A DNA stretch of 64,000 nucleotides from contig DHMS01000033.1 of NCBI GenBank assembly GCA_002405915.1, positions 114,895 to 178,894 of the forward strand, given 5' to 3'. Positions within the stretch are counted from its first letter, which is position 1. Each line of letters begins with the position of its first letter. Below the pieces are notes generated by a model. The model was not told the DNA's origin. It did no database searches and saw only the letters and a list, made by a program, of their open reading frames with translations. The DNA comes from Christensenella sp. UBA4636. GTDB taxonomy: Bacteria > Bacillota > Clostridia > Christensenellales > Borkfalkiaceae. The position numbers and the translations under genes were made by a program. Shown piece after piece: positions 1-10,000 of this stretch.

Positions 1-1380
1 GAATTTATGAACGCCCGCAAGCTTTGCCGCTGCGATAATTTCTTCGTCGGTAGCGTTCGGGTTACCGTAAGAAATATTTTCTCTCACGGTACCGCTGAAA
101 AGGAAGGTTTCTTGTTGTACGACGCCTATAAATTTTCGCAAATCGTCCGTTTTCAACGTTGAAATATCTATGCCGCCTATCGTAATTTTGCCCGAATCCG
201 GCAGATAAAAGCGCGGCAAAAGGTTGCATATCGTGGTTTTACCCGCGCCCGAAGCCCCGACGAGAGCGACCGAAGTTCCCTCTTTAACCGTAAACGAAAG
301 GTTTTCGACGACGTGCGCCGTGTTACCTTGTCCTTTATAGGTAAAACACACGTTTTCATAGACGATATCGCCGCCTAAGTTTGTGATTTTGACGGGATTT
401 TCGGGTTCGTACTCGGACGGAAGTTCCATAACGTCGAGGAAGCGTTCGAAGCCGACGATGCCGTCCTCAATCTGCTCGGTAAGCGTTATGAAAGTTCGTA
501 TAGGCGACACGAGCATAGCGACGTAAAGCACGAGCGCGGTTAAGTCGCCCGCGCTTATAACGCCTTTAAAGCACATATAACCGCCCATTACGACGCATAA
601 AAGATAAAGAATATCTATGCAAAACTGCATCACGGAGTTGAACGACCCCATAACTTTAAGTACGCCGATACGCGACTTGCAGTACCTTTCGTTGGATTTT
701 TCAAACTTTTTCGATTCCGTTTCGGCGGCGCAGTAAGCCTTCGACACCCTTATGCCCGACACGGACGACTCTACTTCCGAGTTGATTTCGGCGGTAGTTT
801 CTCGGCGTTTTTTGAAAGCGGCAATCATTCTCAACCGCATTCGAGCGACGACGAAAAGCATTATCGGCAAAACAAGCCCGATAACGAGCGCAAGGTACGG
901 GTTTATGCCGACAATCATGACAACCGCGCCGATAAACGACAAAACCGATACGAAAGCGTCCTCGGGACCGTGGTGCGCAAGTTCGGAAACTTCGAACAAG
1001 TCGTTCGTTATCCTTGAAATTATACTGCCCGACGGCGTTTCGTCAAAATAGGAAACGGGGAGCCGCTCTAACTTTTCGAACAGTTCTTTGCGCATTTGCT
1101 TTTGCATTTTTACGCCGAAAACATGCCCGTAATAATCGACCATATATCTGAACACGGCTTTCAAAACGAACACGGCAAGCATTATCGCACCGGCAATAAG
1201 CGCGCGCGAAAAAGTGTCGTCAAAGACGTATTCGTTAAAGATTTTTCTGGCAATCGCGGGGTAAATAAGCCCGCAAGCGACAAGCCCCAACGCACAAAGA
1301 ATATCTACGATAAACGGCTTTATATGCGGCTTATAGTACGAAGCGAAAGCCTTTATGCTGTTTCGTTTTTTATCTTTCAT
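1..1380 (-). CDS. ABC exporter, fused permease + ATP-binding protein (ABCB/MsbA-like); C-terminus runs off the left window edge
   Basis: Not in the ORF track because the frame has no stop inside the window. My reverse-strand translation starts at ATG 1380: MKDKKRNSIKAFASYYKPHIKPFIVDILCALGLVACGLIYPAIARKI (hydrophobic TMD). Near 330-1 it reads VENLSFTVKEGTSVALVGASGAGKTTICNLLPRFYLPDSGKITIGGIDISTLKTDDLRKFIGVVQQETFLFSGTVRENISYGNP (Walker A GASGAGKTT, Q-loop). Confidence 0.85.
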   Translation of the reverse strand, partial: MKDKKRNSIKAFASYYKPHIKPFIVDILCALGLVACGLIYPAIARKIFNEYVFDDTFSRALIAGAIMLAVFVLKAVFRYMVDYYGHVFGVKMQKQMRKELFEKLERLPVSYFDETPSGSIISRITNDLFEVSELAHHGPEDAFVSVLSFIGAVVMIVGINPYLALVIGLVLPIMLFVVARMRLRMIAAFKKRRETTAEINSEVESSVSGIRVSKAYCAAETESKKFEKSNERYCKSRIGVLKVMGSFNSVMQFCIDILYLLCVVMGGYMCFKGVISAGDLTALVLYVAMLVSPIRTFITLTEQIEDGIVGFERFLDVMELPSEYEPENPVKITNLGGDIVYENVCFTYKGQGNTAHVVENLSFTVKEGTSVALVGASGAGKTTICNLLPRFYLPDSGKITIGGIDISTLKTDDLRKFIGVVQQETFLFSGTVRENISYGNPNATDEEIIAAAKLAGVHKF

Positions 1381-1533
1381 TCGTTCACCTTTACTAAAAT
1401 CTACTATTATCCAAACGGTATTTTACCATAGAAAAACAGAAAAAGCAAGAAAAAATCAATCCTCGGACAATCGGCGCGTATTCAAAAAAATTCGTACGCG
1501 CGTTTTAAGTTTAAAAAAGTCAACCTCGTACGA

Positions 1534-1562
1534 TTGACAAAATCGAGCGCGATATATATAAT
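1534..1562 (+). promoter_or_regulatory. Consensus sigma-A-type promoter upstream of typA
   Basis: TTGACA (1534-1539), 17-nt spacer, TATAAT (1557-1562), about 70 nt upstream of the typA ATG. Confidence 0.6.
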
Positions 1563-1633
1563 ATAATAGTTTTAGATAAATTAACACGATATAGACAAAC
1601 GTAATTTTGAATTTTAACTTTCGGAGTAAAAAT

Positions 1634-3460
1634 ATGGACATCAGAGAAGACGTAAGAAACATTGCGATTATTGCACACGTCGACCACGGCAAGACGACGC
1701 TCGTTGACGCGCTTTTAAAGCAGAGCCACACATTTAGAGCCAACGAAGCGGTTGCCGAACGCGTTATGGACAGCAACGACATAGAACGCGAAAGAGGAAT
1801 AACCATTCTCGCAAAAAACACGTCCGTGCATTATAAGGGCGTGAAAATCAACATTATAGACACCCCGGGTCACGCCGACTTCGGCGGAGAAGTCGAACGC
1901 ATACTTTCTATGGTAGACGGCGTTCTTCTCCTCGTTGACGCGGTCGAAGGCTGCATGCCGCAGACGAGATTCGTACTCAAAAAAGCGTTGAACCTCAACA
2001 AAAAGCCTATCGTCGTAATAAACAAGATAGACAAGGGCGGCGACGTTAAGCAAACGCTCGACGGCATTTGCGACCTGTTTTTAGACCTCGGCGCAAACGA
2101 CGACCAGCTTGACTTCAAGACCGTTTACGCTTCGGCAAAACAAGGCTGGGCGGTAACCGATTTGAACGACGAAAGAAAGGACATAACGCCTATCTTCGAC
2201 ACTATTATTTCGGAAATCCCCGCGCCGAGCGGCGAGATAAACGCGCCTCTTCAACTTATGATTTGCAATATCGACTACGACGAATACGTCGGAAGGATAG
2301 GCGTAGGCAAGATTATTCGCGGCAAAATTTCGGCTAACCAGCCCATTTCCATCTGCCGCACGGACGGCACCGTGGCGCAAGGCAAAATTTCAAGGCTTTA
2401 TCAATTTGAAGGCTTAAAACGCGTAGAAGTAACCGAAGGCAAAATGGGCGATATCGTGGCGATTAACGGCGCGGAAAAGCTCAATATCGGCGAAACCGTA
2501 TGCGATTTGAATAGTCCGGAAGCCCTCCCCTTCGTCGCTATCGACGAACCCACCATGTCGATGATGTTCATGGTAAACAACTCGCCGTTCGCGGGGAAAG
2601 AAGGTAAGTTCGTCACCTCTCGTCACTTGCGCGCAAGGCTTTTTAAGGAAGTGGAAACAAACGTTTCGATGCGCGTACATGAAACGGAATCGGCGGATAC
2701 CTTCGAAGTGTTCGGCAGAGGAGAACTTCACCTCTCCATTCTCATCGAAAACATGCGCCGCGAGGGTTACGAATTCCAGGTTTCCCGCCCGAAAGTTATC
2801 TTTAAAGAGATAAACGGCAGATGCCACGAACCTATGGAGGACCTCGTTATCGAAGTGCCGGAAGAGTACGTCGGCGCGGTTATGAATAAAATGGGTCAAC
2901 GCAAAGGCGAGCTTGTGAACATGAGCTTGAACCAAAGCGGAGAAACCAAACTCGAATTCAAAATCCCCTCCCGTTGCTTGTTCGGGTACAGAAGCGAACT
3001 TTTGACCGACACCAAAGGCTTCGGCATAATGAGCCACGTTTTCACGGGCTACGAAGAGTATAAAGGCGATATTCCCGAAAGATTGAGAGGAAGCTTAGTC
3101 GCATTCGAAGCGGGCGTTACGACCCAGTACGGGCTGTTTAACGCGCAAGAACGTTGCACACTCTTTTTAGGACCGGGCGTTCCCGTTTACGAGGGAATGA
3201 TTATCGGCGAAAACTCGCGCGAGGACGACCTCGTTGTAAACGTTTGCAAAACCAAGCACTTGACGAACAACCGCGCAAGCGGCAGCGACGAAGCGTTGAA
3301 GCTCGTTCCGCCCACCACGCTTAGTTTGGAACAGTGCATGGAATTCATCGCAGACGACGAACTCGTTGAACTTACGCCTAAGTCAATAAGGCTCAGAAAG
3401 AAAATCTTGTCCAAAGAACTCCGTATGAAGGAATGGGCTAAGGCGAGGAACAGAGGCTAA
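1634..3460 (+). CDS. typA: Translational GTPase TypA/BipA
   Basis: ORF 1607..3460. The likely start is ATG 1634, preceded by GGAG. The protein begins [28 protein letters not shown] (G1) and has [14 protein letters not shown] (G3) and NKIDK (G4). Its length and EF-G-like domain order are typical of TypA. Confidence 0.95.
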   Translation: MDIREDVRNIAIIAHVDHGKTTLVDALLKQSHTFRANEAVAERVMDSNDIERERGITILAKNTSVHYKGVKINIIDTPGHADFGGEVERILSMVDGVLLLVDAVEGCMPQTRFVLKKALNLNKKPIVVINKIDKGGDVKQTLDGICDLFLDLGANDDQLDFKTVYASAKQGWAVTDLNDERKDITPIFDTIISEIPAPSGEINAPLQLMICNIDYDEYVGRIGVGKIIRGKISANQPISICRTDGTVAQGKISRLYQFEGLKRVEVTEGKMGDIVAINGAEKLNIGETVCDLNSPEALPFVAIDEPTMSMMFMVNNSPFAGKEGKFVTSRHLRARLFKEVETNVSMRVHETESADTFEVFGRGELHLSILIENMRREGYEFQVSRPKVIFKEINGRCHEPMEDLVIEVPEEYVGAVMNKMGQRKGELVNMSLNQSGETKLEFKIPSRCLFGYRSELLTDTKGFGIMSHVFTGYEEYKGDIPERLRGSLVAFEAGVTTQYGLFNAQERCTLFLGPGVPVYEGMIIGENSREDDLVVNVCKTKHLTNNRASGSDEALKLVPPTTLSLEQCMEFIADDELVELTPKSIRLRKKILSKELRMKEWAKARNRG

Positions 3461-3464
3461 AAGT

Positions 3465-3567
3465 AAATCCGCAAGCGGATTTGTGGTGTTTGCCGTTGGC
3501 AAGTGGTGCTTCGCCTTGCGGCGAATGATGTTGCGACTTCGTCGCAGTGATGGTTGCCTATCGGCAA
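3465..3567. repeat. Array of five short GC-rich stem-loops separated by GTGGTG-like spacers
   Basis: The five hairpins are AAATCCG-CAAG-CGGATTT (3465-3482), TTGCC-GTT-GGCAA (3490-3502), TTCGCC-TTGC-GGCGAA (3510-3525), TGCGAC-TTC-GTCGCA (3531-3546) and TTGCC-TATC-GGCAA (3554-3567). The spacers are GTGGTGT, GTGGTGC, TGATG and GTGATGG. Confidence 0.5.
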
Positions 3568-3603
3568 GTTAAGGATAAAATTATTTATAAAATATAAAAA
3601 GTT

Positions 3604-3640
3604 AACCTCCCGGTGAGTTTTCCTCGGGAGGTCTGTTTTG
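3604..3640. terminator. Bidirectional intrinsic terminator between convergent typA and the 271-aa gene
   Basis: Stem AACCTCCCG / CGGGAGGT with a 12-nt loop. It is followed by CTGTTTTGCCTTTTT on the plus strand and by a T-rich run (TAACTTTTTATATTTT) on the minus strand. Confidence 0.7.
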
Positions 3641-3655
3641 CCTTTTTATGCTATT

Positions 3656-4471
3656 TTACGCTAAGGATAGGTAGCTTCTTAAGAAGGAATAGCCGCTGTT
3701 TAGACTTGCGGCGGCGGAGCGGTAAAATTTGGCAAGGTTGCTTATTTGCTCGCTTATCTCCGACGTAACCTCACGGGAAGCGCGGGAAACGTCGTCGTCG
3801 AGCATGTCGCAAAAGTTTTCGGCGGCAAGAGAAACGTCCGCGCTCGAATTGCTCGTTCTTTGCGCGTAATCCGAAATTCTTGACGCGCCTTGAAGCAAAA
3901 CGCCGATATCCGTTACGCTTAGTCGTGCGCCGAAATAATAGCTTTCGCCGAGAGAAAGTGCTTTCATCGCCTCGTTTACGTAATTATATGCGCGTGAAAC
4001 CTTTCCCGAAAACTCGTTTATAGCTTGGTTTGCGGAATTTAACGTTTTTACAACCGAATTGTATGCGCTCGTTATTGCGGAAAGCGCGGAATTGTAAGTA
4101 GAAATATTGTTCATCGTTTGGCTCAAAAGTCTGTTTAGGGACTTTCTTTCGTTATCGATGCTATTTAACACTGAACGGTCTATACGCGGCGCAGTGGTGC
4201 CTTGCGATTGTGCGGCTTGGTCGGCTTTCGCTTGGCGTTTTTCGATATCAGCCTCGTTTGCTTTATAGAGAATATCAAGAACGATTAAGTCGTTATCGAT
4301 ATTGATTTTTGACTCTTCAAGGTTGTGAATAGCCGTTTGCAAGCGGTCGGAAACGTTGCCGAAAACCTCTCCTAAAACGCTTATATTATAGTCGATATCG
4401 TCCGAAAGGCGGTGCAAACCGTCTTGAAAATCACGGATTTCATCAAGGGAAACGTTAACCGTATTGCTCAT
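3656..4471 (-). CDS. Helical hypothetical protein, last gene of the WXG100/FtsK-ATPase operon (possible secreted substrate, LXG-like N-terminus at best)
   Basis: 271-aa ORF whose start is 3 nt after the upstream gene's stop. It begins MSNTVNVSLDEIRDFQDGLHRLSDDIDYNISVLGEVFGN. It looks all-helical, with no TM segment and no recognisable enzymatic motif. Confidence 0.35.
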   Translation of the reverse strand: MSNTVNVSLDEIRDFQDGLHRLSDDIDYNISVLGEVFGNVSDRLQTAIHNLEESKINIDNDLIVLDILYKANEADIEKRQAKADQAAQSQGTTAPRIDRSVLNSIDNERKSLNRLLSQTMNNISTYNSALSAITSAYNSVVKTLNSANQAINEFSGKVSRAYNYVNEAMKALSLGESYYFGARLSVTDIGVLLQGASRISDYAQRTSNSSADVSLAAENFCDMLDDDVSRASREVTSEISEQISNLAKFYRSAAASLNSGYSFLRSYLSLA

Positions 4472-4473
4472 AA

Positions 4474-4740
4474 TTACACTTTATATTTCCTTTCGAATTC
4501 AAATTCACGCGATTCGTAAACCTCTTCTTCGCCGCTTATCGCGTCAAGTTTTTTTACGTTTGCAAAAAAGCCGTCTTGCGCGTAGCCGAGACCATGCGTT
4601 ACGTCCTTTACCGCTTGTAAGAAATTTTCGCCGACCCTATCGTTCCAAGAGTACGTGACGGTTTTGTCAAGCTCGTTCAAATAAACGGTGCCGCCGGGAA
4701 AAGATTGGGAAGCGGGTAGTTCAAAAACCTTCATTATCAC
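4474..4740 (-). CDS. Small hypothetical protein (88 aa) in the WXG100 operon
   Basis: The ORF overlaps the upstream WXG100 gene by 4 nt (4737-4740), which suggests translational coupling. I recognise no motif, and it does not look YukD/EsaB-like by eye. Confidence 0.5.
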   Translation of the reverse strand: MIMKVFELPASQSFPGGTVYLNELDKTVTYSWNDRVGENFLQAVKDVTHGLGYAQDGFFANVKKLDAISGEEEVYESREFEFERKYKV

Positions 4741-5039
4741 TCACCCGATTCTCTGAGCGTTGCGAGCGCGTCCGCAAACTGCGCGGAAATGTCGTCAAGC
4801 TCGCGTTTTAAGTTGTCGCCGCGCTTTAAGGCTTCGCCCATTTTTTCCGTTTCGAGAGCCATTTTCTTTTTAAAGCTATCGTAAGCTGCGCCCGACCAAG
4901 AAGAGCCGAGAGCCGATACGATTTCGTTTATTCCGTTAGTTTTGTCGCCCATATCGCGAACGTAATCGCCGAGCTTTGTGGAAAAGCCCTTAACTATTTG
5001 GTCTAATTCTTCTATCTGTGCGCGAATTTCCGAACTCAT
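4737..5039 (-). CDS. WXG100-family protein (EsxA-like)
   Basis: 100 aa, predicted helix-turn-helix hairpin with a central W-x-G: ALGSSWSGAAYDSFKKKM. Its ATG shares one nucleotide with the upstream stop (TAATG). Confidence 0.8.
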   Translation of the reverse strand: MSSEIRAQIEELDQIVKGFSTKLGDYVRDMGDKTNGINEIVSALGSSWSGAAYDSFKKKMALETEKMGEALKRGDNLKRELDDISAQFADALATLRESGE

Positions 5040-5329
5040 TATATTTTCCCTCCCATTTTTCTGGCACGAGCTTCAATCGCTTCCATTTTGTCAATTCCTT
5101 CGCCCGCTTTTTGACCGGCTTCTTCCACTATCTTTTTAGAACGCTTGATAATTTCAAGAATTTCTTCGATTATCGCGAGAGCCTCGCGGGACGTATCGTC
5201 TTGAATGGATTGAGCGAACGAAGCCGCTTCCGTTTTAAAGGTTTGGGTTTTCCGCTCCATCTCTTCAAGAGTCTTTAAGGCTTCGTTTACGCTTTCGCGC
5301 GACTGCCCCGTTTGCATTTTATACGCCAT
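5039..5329 (-). CDS. Small helical protein, possible WXG100 partner lacking the WXG motif
   Basis: 96 aa with two long predicted helices (MAYKMQTGQSRESVNEALKTLEEMERKTQTFKTEAASFAQSIQ...). It sits directly upstream of, and is coupled to, the WXG100 gene. Confidence 0.45.
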   Translation of the reverse strand: MAYKMQTGQSRESVNEALKTLEEMERKTQTFKTEAASFAQSIQDDTSREALAIIEEILEIIKRSKKIVEEAGQKAGEGIDKMEAIEARARKMGGKI

Positions 5330-5351
5330 CTTTTTACCTCTTTATATTGTT

Positions 5352-7022
5352 TTATTTTTTGTTGCCGTAAACGCTTTGCGTTACGCCGTTTGCTTCTTTA
5401 AATTTTTTGAGGATTGACGAAGCGAAAACTTTTGCTTCGTTCCCGTCCGCATGCGGAACCGTGAATAACGTTGCCGGTTTGCCGTTGCCTTTTACCGCGG
5501 CTACGCCTAAGGGAGATTGGTCTACCGATTGCAAAACCGATTTATCTTCGACGTTTTTTTCGCCGCCGCAAAATCCGTAATTTAGGCAACCTTTTAAGCA
5601 TATGCTTACGACTTCTCTGCCGCAAGAACGTAACATTCTTGCAAATTCGCCATTATAATCCGCGTCGCTGCTTAACGCGAAAGAAATGCCTAACGGTTTT
5701 GATACCCTCAAAAATTCGCAAAATCTTTCAATCGTCGGATTGTAAAGCCAAAGGATATCTTTTAATAGCGCAAAATTTTTCAACAAATCGTCCAAAACGA
5801 AGAAAGTTACGGGTAAAGGTTCATTTGCGGTCGCATTGTATTTTGCGATATCGGAAACGCCGCTTACCGCAAAAAGCCTTTTTCGCCTTTCGATTTCGTC
5901 TTCTATATGCGACAAAAATTCGATTAGTCCGTTGCCCCTTTCCGCATACATTATTCCCGTGACTTGCGGAACGTAAAGCGAAGATTTGCTTTCGTCAAAG
6001 CACAAAAAGTCGTCGCAATTGTCCGCGGTATCGCCGATAAAAAAGTTGACCTTTTTAGGAGAATAAACGGCGGAAGCAGACAAAACAAGCGATTTTAAGA
6101 AGTTAGTTTTGCCCGTGCCTGCACTCCCTCGAACGATAATGAGCGGAGCGTTTTCCGCACTAACCGTGACGGAATAGGTTTTTCCGTTAGCCTTAACGCC
6201 GAGCGGAAAGCAAAGCTTATCGCCGCCTTTTCGGCTATCTTCCTTTTCGAAAGTTTCAAGCGTTTTCAATAAAGAAAGCTCTTTTGCGGCTACGCTTACA
6301 CTGCTTTTCGGTTCTGTGCAAACGGGGCGCGGGTCCTTGGCGGGTAGAATAGTCGGTTTGTGTACTTCTTTCGTTTCGGGTGCTTTTTTAGTTTGCTTTT
6401 CGCCCTTTTTCTGTTCTTCTTCCTCGTAGGAAGCGAGCATTGCGTCAAGGTCGTCGTCTGTGAATTCTTCAAATTCGTCGACGGGTTTTACGTCCTCGGG
6501 CGGATTGGAAACGGTCGGTTTAGCGGGAGATGACAAAAAGTCTTGCAAACTCTTTTTTGTTTCTTCATCAAGGTCGTCGGGAATTTCCAAAGAGTCAGAT
6601 TCGAGCATGGCGAAAAACGCGTCGCGGGTTTTTGCGCTCTGTTCGCGTTCGGCTTTTTCGCTTTCTCTACGCTTTTTCCGCTCTTCCTCTTTTTTCCACG
6701 CTTCTATTTTTTTGCCGTCTTCGAGCATTTTTTTGTCGAATTCTTCAAAGGCGCGTTCGAGGTCGAGTTCCTCTTTGGCTTTCGGGTCGGTTTTTGCATG
6801 TTCTTCAAGGTCCGCGCGTTTTCTCTTTTCCGCTTCGTCCTTTTCGTCAAGCTCTTTTAAAAACTTACGCCATTCGGCTTCGTCTCGCTTAGACTTCTTT
6901 TTCGGCGGATTTTTTGCAAGTCCATCCGCTGTCTCAGCGGCTTTTTTTGAAGAACCGCCCATTACGCTGTCAAACGAAATATCTGAAATACCCGAAAAAA
7001 TATCGTCTTTTTTACCGCTCAT
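5352..7022 (-). CDS. FtsK/SpoIIIE-like single-P-loop ATPase with ~230-aa K/E-rich disordered N-terminus
   Basis: 556-aa ORF. It has a Walker A (IIVRGSAGTGKTNFLKSLV) and a Walker-B-like motif (PVTFFVLDDLL). The N-terminal third is low-complexity K/E/D-rich, and no TM segment is visible. Its start is 3 nt after the stop of the 1146-aa ATPase. Confidence 0.65.
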   Translation of the reverse strand: MSGKKDDIFSGISDISFDSVMGGSSKKAAETADGLAKNPPKKKSKRDEAEWRKFLKELDEKDEAEKRKRADLEEHAKTDPKAKEELDLERAFEEFDKKMLEDGKKIEAWKKEEERKKRRESEKAEREQSAKTRDAFFAMLESDSLEIPDDLDEETKKSLQDFLSSPAKPTVSNPPEDVKPVDEFEEFTDDDLDAMLASYEEEEQKKGEKQTKKAPETKEVHKPTILPAKDPRPVCTEPKSSVSVAAKELSLLKTLETFEKEDSRKGGDKLCFPLGVKANGKTYSVTVSAENAPLIIVRGSAGTGKTNFLKSLVLSASAVYSPKKVNFFIGDTADNCDDFLCFDESKSSLYVPQVTGIMYAERGNGLIEFLSHIEDEIERRKRLFAVSGVSDIAKYNATANEPLPVTFFVLDDLLKNFALLKDILWLYNPTIERFCEFLRVSKPLGISFALSSDADYNGEFARMLRSCGREVVSICLKGCLNYGFCGGEKNVEDKSVLQSVDQSPLGVAAVKGNGKPATLFTVPHADGNEAKVFASSILKKFKEANGVTQSVYGNKK

Positions 7023-7024
7023 GT

Positions 7025-10000
7025 TTAGCCTCTCTTAGCCTTTAAAGCTTTCCACCATTCGGCGTTGTTTTCTATCGAATAATCGAAGAGCCTCGTGCGA
7101 GTACTGCTCAGATTGTCGTAAACGCAAGTTTCGTCCACTCGCGCGCCCTCTATCGACTTATTTTCCGTTATAGCTTTCAAAACGTCGTAGGAATCGTAAA
7201 TATAACGCTGGGATGAGCGAGCGTTTTCACCTCCGCCGCATACCGCCTTTAACTGCGAAAGTTTTTCATGGGCTAATATAACGAAAACACAATAACCGCT
7301 GCCGTTTTCGTACAAATCGGAAACGATTGCTTTAAGGTCGGAAACATAATATGTTTTGTTGTCTTCGACGGGCTTTTCTGCCTTAGGCTGTATTGTCGAA
7401 CCGCCCGCACGAACGCGTGAAAGCATCGCAAGCGCGCCGCCTTTAAGCGAAACTCCGCTATCCGCAAGCTCCTTTTCGGTTGCCGACGTATCGACGGGTT
7501 TTGCGGGCGTATCCGCCGATTTGTTTGCGGCGGAAGTTGTTTTTTTGCCGCCTATCGCGCCGCTTGAAAGAAGCCATTCAACGTCGTGAATAACGAGGTA
7601 TACGGGCTTAAATTGCGCCTTATTGTCTAAGCTCTTTTCTTCGCGACGTTTTTCCAAAAGTTCTTTAAGCCTTGTAAGTTCGCGCGCGATTTTAAGGTGT
7701 TCTTTATCGTCGCATACGTTGACGAATTTAGAAACGAAGTCTTTCTCGCGCCCGAAGCCGTCGATAAATTCCTTACCGTCGGCGGGACCCGCGGCGTAAA
7801 TAAATTCGCCGTCGTTAAACTTTTCTATATACGAAAGCGTAAACGAACGTTCAAGTTCGAAAAGCTTGCTTTCTCGCGCAAGCGCGCAATAGCCCGAGGC
7901 GTTTCTGTCCTCGGCAAAGCTCAGCGATACGCCTATCGTATTCGAAGCCGACGCGCCTATCGGCAAATAGTATTTGCCCTCTTTATAAGCTACCGCTTTA
8001 TAGTCGGAAATCGGGAATAAATCGTCGTTGCCGGCTTCCGCCTGAACTATCTTGCAAGCAGGGTTATTTTTATACTTTTCGCGTATTCTTTCGGCAACGT
8101 CTTTCATGTCCCGCGAAGTGGTTTCGCCTGCGTAAGCAACTTTAACAAGGTTAGTTATATCACCGTTGTTACTTCCTATCGATATGAGAGCCGTGCCTAT
8201 TTTTTTAAGCTTTTCCGAATATTCTCCGGCTTTTATGGAATTGAGCTTGAAATAAGAGTTGAATACCGACGGATTGTTTACTTTTAAAGACAGTTTTGAG
8301 CCTATCTGTTCCGTTGCTCCGCACCCGATTAACGGGTCGGCGGTCTGTCCGCAGAAAAGTATTTCTATGCCGTAGCTTCTCGCTCTTTTCAGAACGGAAT
8401 CAAGCTTATTGCCGAGCTTGCTTATAGTCGCAAAGTTCGCCCCGGAACCGAACATGTTGTTGTACTCGTCGATTATAAAGAGCGCAATCGGGAGCTTTTT
8501 ATACTTGCCGGACAAAACCGCTTGGCTTTTGTTGAACGCTCGGATATCCGAACAGCCCGATTTACTCTCCGACATTATTTTTGCGCGTTCGTCTATCATA
8601 AAATCCATTTTATTGAGCAAGTCCATCGCGCTCTCTTCTCTGCAACGAAGAGAAAGATAAACGACATGCGGCAAATACATAGGGTTACCCTTTTTGTAGT
8701 TTGCAAAAGCGGGAGACGTTTCGCCGCTCTTGAAGTCGACGAGGTACATTTGCAACTCGTCGGGCGCGTAATTGTATGCCGCGGACATTATAAACGTGTG
8801 CAAAAACGCCGATTTACCCGACCCCGTCATACCGACCAAAAGCCCGAAAACATTAGTGGAGCAAGTCTTTAAAACGTAATCGTAACGAACGCCCGAAGAA
8901 ATACCGAGAGGAATTCGCAATGCGTCGTTATAATCTTCGACGGGCTTCAACGCAAAATCCTTGTCCGACATTTCAAGCAGCTTTTTTAGCGAAAGTGAAT
9001 CCGAAGCTTTGTTTTCCTTGGAAAGATAGTCGAGGTAATCGTTTATTTTGAAATTTTCAGCCATTATATCTACGGAAACAGGCTCGCCGTTATATAAAAC
9101 GCCGTCCTCCGTAACATCGATAACATCGCAAGAGATTTTTTTGCCCTTATCGTCTTCGAGCTTAAAATCGCTGTTCTTGTCGATACAGATCAGCGAAAGC
9201 ACGCCCTTGGCGGGTCCCGTTTCCAAGACATTTAAAAAAGTCTTTTTCTGTTCGGAGGTAAAGCGTTCGCCGAAACAGTCGGGCGCATAGTTATATGCAG
9301 CTAAAACGAAATCATGCTTGGCGTCGGGAGTGTTGTCATTATATTCGTAAATGTTCGCATAGTCGTTACCCTTATATGTTTTGGAACGACCGCGGATAAG
9401 GGTTATCAAGGCTTCGTTAAAAGAAATCGTTCCGGACGAGCTTGAAGCGATGTCCTTATCGAAAATATAATTTTCGCCAAGCTTTGCTTTAACTCTGTCG
9501 GCAACCGCGCCGATAACCGCCTCCACAGCCGTTTCCGCGCCTCCTAAGCGCAGGTTTTTGAGACCTAACGAGGAGAGAAGAGAAAGGTAAATTTTGCGAA
9601 TCAGGTCGAAAGCGTCGCCGCCATCCGCTTCGAAATAATCCCTGTCGGCACGTATAACGATAACCCCGTTTCTTGTTTTGGGTTTGAAGAATACGGGAAC
9701 GCCGGATAGTGCTTTTTCGGGAACGCCGAGCGTTTTGACGGCAAAATCTAACGCTTCTTTATTTATATCCGATTTTTTAAAGCCGATAAGGAAGCGGTAG
9801 TCCGTTTCTTCGTCCGATAAGGGCTTGCCGATAAGCATAGTGCTTGCCTTTTCGTTGTCGGTGAGAATTTGAGTTTTTAAAGCTTCTAATTCCTTATAGC
9901 AGGAGAGGTTTTCAAGCTTTGTGTTCTTTTTGAAGTTAATTTCTAAGTCGGCTTTCTTTTTGTCGACTTCCGCCAAAGCTTCTTCGCGCTTTCTTTCTTC

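Noticed and set aside
3465-3567. A possible mini-CRISPR array, or a small ORF (GTG-start VVFAVGKWCFALRRMMLRLRRSDGCLSAS)
   Set aside because: The units are about 20 nt. The palindromes differ while the spacers are conserved, which is the opposite of CRISPR, and there are no cas genes nearby. The 30-codon frame has no SD and is a by-product of the repeats.
6460-7038. Plus-strand Ser/Phe-rich ORFs (192, 120 and 105 aa) opposite the K/E-rich head of the 556-aa ATPase
   Set aside because: They show the same compositional mirror effect, and they sit inside a well-supported minus-strand gene.
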